64,000 nt of DNA, from the NCBI RefSeq assembly GCF_006345805.1, contig NC_043026.1:1736001-1800000 (forward strand). The letters are read 5' to 3'. The notes beneath the pieces were generated by a model. The model saw only the letters and a program-made list of their open reading frames with translations. It did not search any database and was not told where the DNA came from. Of the stretch, positions 51,078 through 63,599 are shown in pieces. The position numbers were made by a program, and so were the translations under genes. Source of the DNA: Octopus sinensis (lineage: Eukaryota). The stretch's first letter is position 1. Every line of letters begins with the position of its first letter.

Positions 51078-52278
51078 TCAGGTTGAGTAAAGAGTAACCA
51101 TTGTTTTGAACTATGAAGAATTTGTACCGGATTTTTGCAAAGTTTTGAATTGTTTTCAAACATTGTTTGATAATACAGACATAGACTTACCCAAATGCAT
51201 CAATAAATTAACATTGATGTTTTTTACACCATTGTTACAATCATCTGAAATGGAAATGTCAAAGTGCAATATTCGAGCAGTTTTGCTATTCAACTTCAAG
51301 AAGGGATGTGAAGCAGCTGAAGCTGTTCACGATATCAACGAAACATTTGGTGAGGAAATGACCAGTGAATGGTCAGCTCGAAAATGGTTTTAAATGATTT
51401 CTCAGTGGAGACCTGAACCTTGAAGATTGCGAGCATAGTGGACACCATACCTGTCATTGATGATGGTCAATTAAAGACCATCATTGAGAAAAATCCACAT
51501 AAAACCACTCGAGAACTGGCAAAAGAATTTCAAGTTAACCAGAAAACTGCTTGTAACCATTTACATGCGATCGGAAAATCAAAAAAGCTCGACAAATGGG
51601 TACCACACAATTTGAATGAAAATCAGAAAATGCACAGATATGAAATTTGTTTGTCACTTCCATTTCTCGACCGTATTGTAACTTGCAATGAAAAGTGGAA
51701 TCTGTACAATATCGAAAAACATTCTTTGCAGTGGTTGGACCCAAATGAAGCACTGAAAACCTTCCCGGGCGCATCCACTAGAACTTCTTAAAACCCAGAA
51801 AAACCATTATTGCAGAAACACATTATCGTGAAATTGCCAAAATGAATGAAAAACTGCTACTCCTCCATCCCAGACTGGTCAACAGAAGGGGGCCAATAAT
51901 TCTTCATGACAATGCTCAACCACACGTTTCACTAATGACGCTCCAGAAGTTGAAGGAACTTGGCAACAAAGTTCTTCCCCACCAAACTTATTCCTCAGAC
52001 CTTTCTCCTACTGACTACCAATTTTTCAAGTACCTTGATGGTTTCATGCGAGAGAAGGAGTTCAAAAATCAAAGTGATGCTGAATGTGTGTTCAAAGAGT
52101 TCATCAGCTCCAGGACACCAGATTTTTATGTTACCAGAATAAACAAACTTGTAACTCATTGGCAAAAATCTGTTGATTGTAATGGTACTTACCTTGATGG
52201 ATAAAATTTTCTCATTGTTGAAATATATTCTGATGAATTCCATGTTTCAAAACGTTGCTTACTTTTTACTCAGCCTGA
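51078..52278 (+). mobile_element. Full-length defective mariner transposon, copy 2
   Basis: TA on both flanks, TIRs, WVPHNL, TCNEKW, HDNAQPH and DLSPTDY motifs; nearly identical internally to copy 1, opposite orientation. Confidence 0.93.
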
Positions 52279-52819
52279 TATATTGGGTCATCCCATAAAT
52301 AATACGGTTTTTTCAATTGCATGAAGTAAAAGTTAGAGGGGACAGGTTAAGCTACCGGCATTAAGTTGCTATAAAAGCAGGTTATAATTTTACCTTGTGC
52401 TTATTCTTAGTGCAAGTTCTGAAGAGTCCATTTCGATTTTAAAAGTTATTTTTTCAGAGCTATAATCATAATCATTGTCATCATTGTCATTTAATGTCCA
52501 TTTTCCATGCTGGCATGGGTTGGATGGTTTGACTGAGGCCTGGCAGGCCGGGAGGCTGCACCAGGCTCCAATCTGATCTGGCAAGGTTTCTACAGCTGGA
52601 TGCCCTTCTTAATGCCAACCACTCTGAGAGTGTAGTGGGTGCTTTTTACGTGCCACTGGCACGAGAGTCAGTCAGGTGGCACTGGCACCAGTCACACTCA
52701 GATGGTGCTTAAGCACCAAAGACAGTGGATAGGGGTCAGTTTCTTTGATTATAAACACATGTACACACTCCTTGCTAATTCTCCATCTTAATATTCAATT
52801 CTTCTCTTTTCCTCGCTAG

Positions 52820-52941
52820 TGTTGTCATGCAGCCGTACAGGCCTTTGAGCGACTGCAACGGAAAAACCCCAAACTGCTTGCTGCCTGGAAGGACTTCGGT
52901 CAACCAAAGATTATTGTGAAAGTAGACGACGAAGAGACATT
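52820..52941 (+). CDS. PTRH2: PTRH2 coding exon 3 (CCHAAVQAFERLQRKNPKLLAAWKDFGQPKIIVKVDDEET)
   Basis: PTH2 motifs CxHAAV and WxxxGQPKxVVK; acceptor cttttcctcgctag, donor gtaagt, 122 nt, phase 0/2. Confidence 0.95.
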
Positions 52942-52952
52942 GTAAGTTTTTC

Positions 52953-52985
<33 letters not shown>

Positions 52986-53188
52986 CCAGTGGTGGTGGTG
53001 GTGGTGGCAGCTTTGATATTAGTGGTGGTGTTGATGGAGTGGTGGTGGTGGTGGTGTGAATGGAGTGCTGATGGTGGTGGTGTGAATGGAGTGCTGATGG
53101 TGGTGGTGTTGATGGAGTGGTGGTCTGCTACCATTGATTAGTGTTGATGATGCTGACTGTGGTGATGCTGGTGCTGATGACCACTTGT

Positions 53189-53400
53189 GGTGGCCAGCTG
53201 GCAGAAACGTTAGCAAGCCAAGCGAAATGCCTAGCCGTATTTCGTCAGCCGCTATGTTCTGAGTTCAAATTCCACCGAGGTCGACTTTGCCTTTCATCCT
53301 TTCGAGGTCGATTAAATAAGTACCAGTTATGTACTTAATCCGTTTGTCTGTCCTTGTTTGTCCCCTCTGTGTTTAGCCCTTTGTGGGTAGTAAAAAAAAA
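53189..53400 (+). mobile_element. Second tRNA-derived SINE family; minus-strand copies at about 12440-12760, 31720-31925 and 42280-42400
   Basis: Head agctggcagaaacgttagc...gagttcaaattcc and conserved gaggtcgactttgcctttcatcc block. Confidence 0.7.
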
Positions 53401-53599
53401 AAAGATAGGTAATACTGATGACGATTGTGATGATGGTGGTGGTGGTGGTGGTGGTGGTGGTGGTGGTGATGATCCTGCTGATGGTTGTGTTGTCTGCCAA
53501 TTTCATTATCATCTCTTTAACAGTTTCTCCTCTGCAAGTGTTTGGTCCTTCATTTAGTTTTTCCTATGAGCAGCAGCAGCAGTTGCCAGGCTGTGCTTT

Positions 53600-53910
53600 G
53601 GAAAGCTTTTATGTCACATCCCGTACACAGCACAAAATGGACAGCTTTGTGAGGCAGCGAGTCAGCAAATGCGCTGGCACACAGGGACCCCTCCTTGTGC
53701 AGGTAAATAGATGGAGGCTTGTTTGTATGGTCATGTATCCCACCACAACTCCCTGTCCAAAACTGTTCTTCTTCAGAGCACAGTGGAGGTAGGGTGAAAG
53801 GGAGGCAGACAGAAAATGCTGGTTTGACAACATCAAGGACTGGACAGGTCACAACACGGCAAAACTGCTATGCATGACAGAGAACAGGGCCCAGTGGCAA
53901 AGGCTAATTA
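53600..53910 (+). mobile_element. Degraded RT C-terminus of a second RTE (BovB-like) family; related fragment at 57230-57470
   Basis: Frameshifted peptide ...AGTQGPLL...RKCWFDNIKDWTG...ENRAQW resembling RTE RT ends. Confidence 0.6.
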
Positions 53911-55508
53911 TGAAAGCATCTAGAGTGACACCCCAATGACTGGCTGCATCGGTTAAGGGATCTTGATGTGTGCATACTGATACAGTTATACACATCAAAG
54001 CAGTAGAAATTATTATCAATGCATAACCATAAAACATTAATATATTCAAGTTGAAGGCAATGAAGTGTTGAATTTCCTCATCAGGTGTGGAAAAATGCAA
54101 TTCTTATAGCAACAAACTGGTATTTAAGAGCATAGAAATGATGCTGAAAAGACTAAGGAAGAGGCGGCTTAGTGATAGTAATGAATTTAGCTTGACCCTT
54201 TAATTTTGACCTCGTTAGCATTCAGATTACTCTGTCAAATGTAATGCTTATTTATTCACATTGTCTTGTAGCTTCGAGGTTTTGATGTTGTGGTTGTTTA
54301 CTTTTAGAAGGACATTGTAGGGTAGATGTGACAAGCCAGATCTAGCTGGTTTCAACTCAATGCAGGTAGAATATTCAGGTTGGATATCTGGTTTAAATGT
54401 TAAAGAGTTAAACCGGCCATACCCAGCTATCTGTTTTTTGTTCTTACCAACCAGATCCAGCCTATCACACCTACCCTTCAATACCATTTTAAAATATACA
54501 ATCACATCATTAGGATTCCAAAGCTACAAAATAATGCCTGATTAATTCAAAATTACTTGAACGAAAAAGCGGAACATTTGACAGAAGAATCTGAATGTTA
54601 CAGGGATAAGGTTCTGTTTGGGATATAAATTTATTCTTTTATTTTTTTACTTGTTTCAGTCATTAGACAGCAGCCATGCTGGAGCACACACCTTGAAGAA
54701 TTTTTAATTGAACAAATTAAATTTATTTTTCTAAGCCTGGTACTTATTCTGTAACAAACCAACACATGAGTACGAGTTGCATATGTAGATATTGATATGT
54801 ATAAATACCTGTATAAATATATACATACATGTCTAATATATACATATGTATACATCTTCACATATATTTTCTTCTACTGCTAAGCATTGACCTGTCCAAC
54901 CACCTAATCTATATTCTCAAATTCTTCATTCCATACTACTACCCCCCCTCTCTCTCGCTACATAACTGACACTCCTTTACTGTTTATACCTCTCTCTCGT
55001 TCTATCACCCCCTATTCCTTCTAATATCTTTCTCTATCTATCACCCTCCTCTCCCCATTCCTACTTTCAAATTATCTCCACTGACCCCTAACTGCTACAC
55101 TTTCCCTTATTATTTCTCTCCTTGTTTTTCTTTTTTCTTTTCTTTTTTCCTCTCTTCCTGTTTTTTTCATTTTCTTTTTTCTTCTTTTTTTTCTTCTCTT
55201 TTCTTTATTCCCCTCTTCCTGCTTTCAATTTGACCCTACCAATACATTCCCTACTTTTAGGCCACCTTAAATAAGACCCCTGATTCAATAGCACTGGGTA
55301 CAAACTCTATACTTGGAATGACCAATTTTAAATACTGTTGGATTTCATTCACAAGTTATTGGAATCTTATATGTATACCATTCGGCCTTAGTAATGGATC
55401 TACAAATGCAATATCCCTGCATATCTCTCATCTATTTTCATTCCTCCACATCACTCTCTATTTCGTATCTTATCTAAATTAACCATTGCTTAACCATTTT
55501 CTCACACT

Positions 55509-55558
55509 GTCTCCGATGAAGAGGGATATAATAAATATCCTGGAAACAGCTGTAAGAC
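55509..55558 (+). ncRNA. Minimal type-I hammerhead ribozyme motif (U4C variant) within a Penelope-like terminal repeat at about 55230-55620
   Basis: Stem I gtct/agac, ccgatga, stem II aggatat-like hairpin, GAAA-c-agct-g-UA with palindromic loop. Confidence 0.65.
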
Positions 55559-55760
55559 CTTCTATTTATAAATGTTCTAAAATCTTTGCAGCCTTGGTTT
55601 TTTTATCTCAATCGGAAAAAATATTTTTTCTATATACACATGCTGATATATGACCTACGTTGGACTCCTTATTTGCATAATCACCGAACCTGAGCTTAAC
55701 TATAGTCTGTCCATATATACACACACACATATATTTATATATATATGTATGTATATATGT

Positions 55761-55808
<48 letters not shown>

Positions 55809-55823
55809 ATGTATATATATGGT

Positions 55824-55870
<47 letters not shown>

Positions 55871-56142
55871 GCATACACACACACATATATATACATATAT
55901 ACATATATATATATATCTAAATATCTATATGTACACATACACATATATACATATATACATATATATACATATATGTGGTTGGCGTTAGGAAGGGCATCCA
56001 GCCGTAGAAACACTGCCAGATCTGACTGGGCCTGATGAAGCCTTCCAGCTTCACAGACCCCAGTTGAACCGTCCAACCCATGCTAGCATGGAGAACGGAC
56101 GCTAAATGATGATGATGATGATGATGATGATATATATGTATG

Positions 56143-56180
<38 letters not shown>

Positions 56181-56514
56181 GCCATGCTGGGGCACCACCA
56201 TGAAGAACATTTAGTTGAACAAATCAAATTTTTTTTTTTTAAGCCTTGTACTTATTCTATCAGTCTTTTTTGCCAAACCACTAAGTTATGGGGGATGTAA
56301 CAAAGACACAGTGCACACACACACACAAGGCTTTGGTTGGTCTGAGGCTATAGTAGAAGACACTTGTCCAAGGTGCCACGCAGTAGGACTGAACCTGGAA
56401 CCGTGAGGTTGGGAAGCAAGCTTCTTACCACACAGCCATGCCTGTGCCTATGTGAAATCTTGTTGTAAAGTTTTAATTTAGAATGAGATGATGATATCAT
56501 CATCATCATTTATA

Positions 56515-56574
<60 letters not shown>

Positions 56575-57126
56575 GTTTACACACTAGGCTTCCTCACAGT
56601 TTCCATCTACGAAATTCTTCACTCATGAGGCTTCGGTCCACCTGGGACCCTAATAGAAGACATCTGCAAAGGTACCACACAGTGGAACTGAACCTGAAAC
56701 CATGTAATAGCAAAGCAAGCTTCCTAACCTCATAGCCCCTGCCTTTGTTAATTTTTCTCCCTCCCATCTCAGATCCCTCCTTTTCCATTACCCTAGGGAT
56801 TGCTCTTTCCAGTTTTTTTTTTTTTTAAATTTTGTTTTGTGTTTTTGTTTTATGTCTCATTTTCGTGTAATACGTTTTCTTTTATTTTGTTAGGTTTGGC
56901 TGAGGATGGTCTGACTCCCCTCCTTTCCACCACTGACTACATTAGTTATTCAGTCTGTTGATATTCGGGTAGTTTGTTTCTCTGGATAGTATTTCTCTTG
57001 CATGGCTCTTTTCATCTCTAGCTTTCGTCTGAATTTCCTTTGGTTTCTAATTGTTCAATGTTCAATGATTTTCTTACCTTCTCTTCTACTTTTGTTTTCT
57101 TTCCTTTTTTTCCTCACCTTCCACAT

Positions 57127-57680
57127 CAGGGGTTCTCAACCATTCTTTTTTTTATCTCTGGACTCCTTTGATTACTTTTCTGTTCTAGTGAACCCCGCAG
57201 CCATTTCATGTTTTAAAAACTAGTTTTACAGAGACTTCTGATTGGAAGCTGGAAGGAGCCTTGTGATAGGCATCGCATCAGATGGCTGGGCATGATTAAA
57301 GAGGATTTGATGTCACCTTGGAGGATGCAGAGGGGCTGGCAAGGGACTGCCAGCAGTGGAGAGCAATGGTGGACCTGGTCAGCTCTACACGTGATGACAT
57401 CTCTGGGACCTCTAACCTGGGACGACCCCATCCTCATCAAGTAAGAGCATGAAGCAAACAAGCAAGTCTATAGAGACCCCTTTTGAAATTCCTTTTTGCT
57501 TTTGAACTCTGTAACACCCACTTGTGTCCTGTAATAAATACACCTGAAACAAAACTTTTTCAAGGGCCTTTAATATACTACAGTGAGCCCCCAATTTGGT
57601 ATTTTGCGTGCATGGACCCTCCCCCCCCCAATCTTATATGGACTCCCAGGAATTGTATGGACCCAGGTTGAGAACCACTG
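57127..57680. mobile_element. hAT-type MITE with a nested RTE fragment
   Basis: TIRs caggggttctcaacc / ggttgagaaccactg; flanking 8-mers ttccacat and ttctgcgt compatible with a CpG-decayed 8-bp TSD. Confidence 0.7.
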
Positions 57681-59886
57681 TTCTGCGTAATGTTAACCCT
57701 GGCTCATCTGTTTTGTTCTTCAGTGGGGGGGGGGGTTATGGCTATGTTTGTTTTTGTGGTTTATTTGGTTCAAAGTTTCCATGGAAACCTAATTAATTTT
57801 CTTTTATTTTTAGTATTTCTATAAGTTGTACTATTTTTATTTCTGATGTCTTTTTATTGTTTATTGTGAATCTTTGTACATTTGTTTTTCTTACTTTGTT
57901 TTTTCTTTTTACCTTCACAACTTCAATCTTTTCTTTTTTATTAAGACTTGTGTTTTGGATCTAAAATTGATTTTTAAGTAGAAAACTTTAATGCATTCTT
58001 TATTAGTCTTAACAATTCTGCTTGTATTAAATTCATACTGAAATTCATCAAAATCCTGTTATATCCTATCCTAGCCTGGCCTGGCCCTTACCTGGCCCTT
58101 ACCTGGTAATGATTTTGTTGTTTCTTGATTTATTAGGGGACGTGAGTTGATTGTTGTTTTTTTTTAAAACAGCTTTGGTTTTATTTTCAGTTGTTTTTGT
58201 TATCATTTGCTAACATCAAGAGAGAGATGTAGAGTGATGAGGATGCAGGTCAGAGATATGTGGGGATGGATACAGTGAGGGGCAAAGGGCAAAGGGCAGC
58301 CAATGGCAGATATGAGAAGGGGTTGAGAATGGGATATGACAGTCATGTGATGTAGCTCAGGGGAAAGGGAGAAATATAACTGGGGGCAGAGAAAGGGTGA
58401 TCAGTGGAAAATAATGTAAGAAAGGATGATATTGAAAATGAGGTGTGGATATGAAAAGGATGAGGTTCCAAAGAGAGAAATAATTAGGAGCACAAAAGGG
58501 CATGTGTGTGTGTGTGTGTTGTGTGTGTGTGTGTGTGTGTGTGTGTTGAGGTTCTCTGAAAATTCGCTGGAATTGCTTCCTGTTTTTATCTTCTGTCTTT
58601 TACTTGTTTCAGTCATTAGACTGCGGCCATGCTGGAGCACTGCCTTGGAAGGTTTTGTTGAACAAATCAACTTCAGTATTTATCTTTTATTAAACATGGT
58701 ACTTATTCTATCGATCTCTTTTTGCTGAACCTATACATTATGGGGACATAAACAAACCAACACGGGTTGTCGTAGTGGTGGGAGACAGACACAAGCACAA
58801 ACACAGGTGCGCATGAATGCACACACACACACACATGCTTGTCCAAGGTGTCACACGGTGGGACTGAACCTGGAACCATGTGGTTGGGAAAGCAAGCTTA
58901 TCACACAGCCACACCACCTGTATGTTGACAAAATCTCTTTTATTCCTTTGGTATTCAGATTACTCTGTCAGATGTTCTGCTTTTTTATTCACATTGTTTT
59001 TTAATTAATCAGGCAATATCTCACAGCTGATCTCAACAATGTGATTGTTAATTTTTAGAATGACATTGTGGAGAAGGTGTAAAAGGCCAGATCTGGCTGG
59101 TTTGAATATTAAGCAAGTAGAACATTTGAGCTGGAGATGGCCTGTTTAACCCTTTAGCATTCAGATTATTTATTCACATTGTTTTCAATTAATCCTGCTT
59201 TATCCCAAAGCTTTGAAGTTTCAGTGATGTGCTTTGTTTATTCTTAGAATGACATTGTAGGGTAAGTGTAAGAGCCTGGATCTGGCCAGTTTGAACCTGA
59301 AACCTGTTACGGCTGGTTTCAATGCTAAAAAATAATTGTTATAAATTAGAGGTCGACTTCACCATGGAGCAATAAATTCATTTTTTAACCTTACAATTAT
59401 GTCAATTAAGGGAAAAGTAGATCCTATCTGATTATATTAATTACAGTTAGGGGTCACCTGGTTGGGAGATTTTAGGTTTTAGATTTTACCAGATAAGAAT
59501 TTTGCTCATATTTAGTAGGCTGTGTTGAAAGTGCTGTGACAAGCAGTATCTCCTCCTTCAGTCTGGAATGAGAAAAGTTGGCAGGTCAGCTTGTTGGATA
59601 TGTAGTAACGATAGACTAGAATTACAATAATCTAGGATACTTATAACTGCCATTCCTAAAAAGGCTTCAAAACTTCTGGAATGTACCTTGTATGTGTGTG
59701 TTTGTGTATGTATGTATATATATATATATATTATATATATCATTGTGTACACACACATATACATACATACACACGCACACATACACGTATTTATCTCCAC
59801 TTAAACATCAACATTTTGTTAGAACAAGCTATACTGCAGTAGTTACCATGAAAAACTCATTTTGGCTTTTAGTGCCTCTATTGCTG

Positions 59887-59955
<69 letters not shown>

Positions 59956-60191
59956 TTATGTATGTGCTGTTGCCAAGTTAAAAGCACTGGTGCTGGTGCG
60001 ACATAAAAAAGCCCCCAGTACACTCTGTGGAGTGGTTGAAGGGCATCCAGCCATTAGAAACCATACCAGAACAGACAATGGACCATGGTGTGACCCCTGG
60101 CCTTACCAGCCCGGGCATTTAATGATGATGTATGTATAGGTATACTCAACCACACACACATAATGTCTGTGTTCATCTCTTTGTTTTCCAG

Positions 60192-60304
60192 ACTGGATCT
60201 CACTCGTAAAGCGATCGATGCAGGTTTAAATGCCAGCTTGATATCTGATGCTGGCCACACACAAATAGCTCCTGGATCCAAAACTGTGTTAGGTGTTGGT
60301 CCTG
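60192..60304 (+). CDS. PTRH2: PTRH2 coding exon 4 ([37 protein letters not shown])
   Basis: PTH2 catalytic motif DAGxTQIAPGSxTVLGxGP; acceptor ttttccag, donor gtaagt, 113 nt, phase 2/1 matching the previous exon. Terminal exon not found in the window. Confidence 0.95.
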
Positions 60305-60430
60305 GTAAGTATTTTTTCACTCTTGTCACTTTGCTTGGGCTCAGCCTTCAACACTGTGTGTGTGTGTGTGTGTGTGTTGTACTAGTCTTTTGCTATTCGT
60401 CATTTACTCACTCTTGCCATCATTCTGCTA

Positions 60431-60464
<34 letters not shown>

Positions 60465-60924
60465 CTCCTTCTCCCATCATACTCCTCAAACAAAACAGTT
60501 TCCAATTACGGCTGGATGCCCTTCCATCTGGAAAATCCAATGACAGTTGCTTCTGATTGGACCCTACAGAGAAGGTATCTAAGGACTCCACTCCCACAAC
60601 CCCACATCAGAGGCTACCTGTGGGATTTGAACCTACATCTCCTGCATACATCACAGGCATTCTTCTTTGAGATCCACTGTTTCAAAAAAATAAAGAATTA
60701 TTTCACATTTTTGCAAAGTTTATAAATTCTTATGAAGTTAACAATATGCTGTTCTTGCTAGAAAGACTAAGACTAAAGTTTCTCAAATAGCAAAAGAAAT
60801 TCGAAGGACTGTTTTGGTCCAATGTAAAACAGACGTAGTAGCCATTGGGTGGTCTTCTACCTAGTCGTCTCCTCTCAACCATCTTACCCTTGCATGCATG
60901 CAAGATGGATGTTAAATGATGATG

Positions 60925-60962
<38 letters not shown>

Positions 60963-61603
60963 TCTTTTATTCTGTTACTTGTTTCAGTCATTTCACTGCA
61001 GCCATGCTGGAGCACCGACTTTAGTCAAACAAATCAACCCCAGGACTTATTCTTTGTAAACCTAGTACTTATCCTATCGGTTTCTTTTGCTGGACTGCTA
61101 AGTTACAGCAATGTAAACACATCAGCATTGGTTGCCAAGCGATAGTGGGGGGGACAAACCCAGACACACAAATACATACATACATATATGTATATAATGG
61201 GCTTCTTTCAGTTTTCAGTCTGCCAAATCCACTCTCAAGGCTTTGGTCGGCCCAAGGCTGTAGTAGAAGACACTTGCCCAAGGTGCCACGCAGTGCGCCT
61301 GAACCCGGAACCATATGGTTGGTAAGCAAGCTACTTCCCACACAGCCACTCTTATGCCTATATATATATTTTTTTTATAATTGATTGGGAAGACTGACTG
61401 TATTGTAAGCTTTATTAAGCATGATGATCATTTCAGCTTACATCTGCACTGTTCCCTGGTTAGTGGGGAACAATATAGTGGAATCACAGGCACTCCACTG
61501 TGCAGAGGAAACCCATACACGGGTTTGTGAACTACTGTAAATGCATGCATCATACGAACACCGTCCTGCTACACACAGTACTGGAATGTACATATAATGT
61601 AAC

Positions 61604-61680
61604 CTGATGAAGCTCCCATTATATTGTTCATCACCCACAAGGGAGCAGTGCAGATGTAGGCCGAAACAATCGTTGTGCTA
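61604..61680 (+). ncRNA. Degenerate hammerhead-like motif with extended stem II
   Basis: ctgatga at 61604, gctccc/gggagc helix, gaaa-c-aatc-g-tt at 61663; stem I poorly paired. Confidence 0.4.
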
Positions 61681-63566
61681 AATAAAGCTTACAGAACACT
61701 CTGTCTTCCCTATCAAACATATATTAAACGTGCACTGAGGAATTCCTTATGTAGATCCTGTGACACAAGTACAGTACCGTGGATGACACCTGGTGGCCAT
61801 ATGTGGAAAATGGTCTCTCAAGGCACACAACTAGGGACATATCCAAAACAAGGTTTGGATACTACATTTTAAAGTCTCCTTTAATTTTAAACATAACCTT
61901 CATATATATATATAAGGTTAATATAAAATGAGGATGGATTATATCAGGCTTTAATAAGTAGATCACAACATTTGTGTCTGGACACCAGCTGCTTTAATTT
62001 GCTGAGTTTATATTCAAAGACCTCTTTAGAAGAACAGTCTTTATCATTATTATACATTTGAATGCTGCTCAACAACAATCATGTGTAAGTGCTTCATCAG
62101 GGTGTAATACTGCTAATTCCTGTTGGATTCTTATTGTATTAATCTTATGCAAAGAGGACTTCCACATGTGTATCAAGTCCTTGAATATGTCCTACTGTCG
62201 GATAACATGTGGTACCACATAACAACGTAAGAGCTCTTAAAAGCACATTATGAGGTTTTCAGCCAAATTATACTGAATAAGTATATATGTGTTATCATCA
62301 TCATCGTTTAACATCCATCTTACATGCTGGCATGGGTGGGATGGTTTCACAAGAGCCGGCCAGGCTGGAGCCTGCACCACACTTCTGTGATTGTTTTTGG
62401 CAGGATTTTTAATTCTGGATGCCCTTCCTAACACCAGCAACTCAGCAGAGTGGACTTAATGCTTTTTACATGGCACAAACATAGGCGAGGTTAGTTTTGG
62501 CAAGGTTTTTACAGCTGGATGCTCTTCTGAACACCAACCACTTTACAATGTGGGCTGGGTGCTTTTAAGTGGCCCCTGCACTGACAGGGTCACCAAGTAC
62601 TTGCAAGACAAAAACTTTTAAGAGGGGAAGAGGCATTGGAGGAGGTGATGACGAAAAGGTTATAGTGAGACAGATGCAGGTGTCTTGCTGTAGAGGAAGT
62701 ACAAGGCAACCTGGCCAGAGAGAGGTAAAGATCAGGTATGAAGACAGAAACAGGTGTGCTACCACAAAGAAAATACACAGTTGCTCAACCTGAGGGAAGT
62801 GCAGGAGAAGGAGAGAGAGAGAGAGAGAGTGTGGGAGATCGCTGGATGGATATGGTGGCAAAATGCCGGGCATACTCACCAGGAATGGGGATTGCCAGGG
62901 CATACCCTTGAGGTTCATTTGTATACTTTTGTCTTGATGTCATAGGATGGTGTTAAACAAGCATCCTTGTTATACAAGTGATGTTCATTTCCAGTCATCT
63001 GTGAAGAACTTGTCTGGCCATGGGAAACAGGTGAGGATTGATGACATTCTGTCCAACCCATACAAGCATGGAAAAGTGGATGAGGATGTTCTTTTCTTCA
63101 CCCTTTTAGCATTCACACTTTTCTATCAAATGTAATGCTTATTTATTCACATTATTTTGAATTAATTATGGGATTATCTTGTAGCTTTTAGATTTCAAAT
63201 GATGTGGTTGTTTTTTTTTCACAAAGACATTGTAAGGTAAGTGTGAGAGGTCAGATCAAGTCAGTTTCAACATAAAACAGAATATTCAGGCTGGATAAGG
63301 CCAGCTTAAATGCTAAAGAGTTTAATTCAACCACAAACTTTTCTTAATGCTTTTAAATTACCTCCCCTTCTCATTCAGAATTCCTAACGACAAAGGAAAC
63401 TGGGGAAGAATTTCCTCCTTCGTCTCTCGTTCGATTTGTATTCATGTCATCGGCCTCTTTCAGATATTTCCTTCAAGCTCCTTTGTGTTTATTTTATGTA
63501 TATTCATGTAATTGTCTGTGTACTTCCTATACACACACATGTGTGCATACATACATATATATATAT

Positions 63567-63599
<33 letters not shown>

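Noticed and set aside
62549-62620. Possible terminal PTRH2 exon (gacagggtcaccaagtacttg, DRVTKYL)
   Set aside because: No acceptor in the required phase and the sequence belongs to a repeat seen elsewhere (e.g. near 46600).
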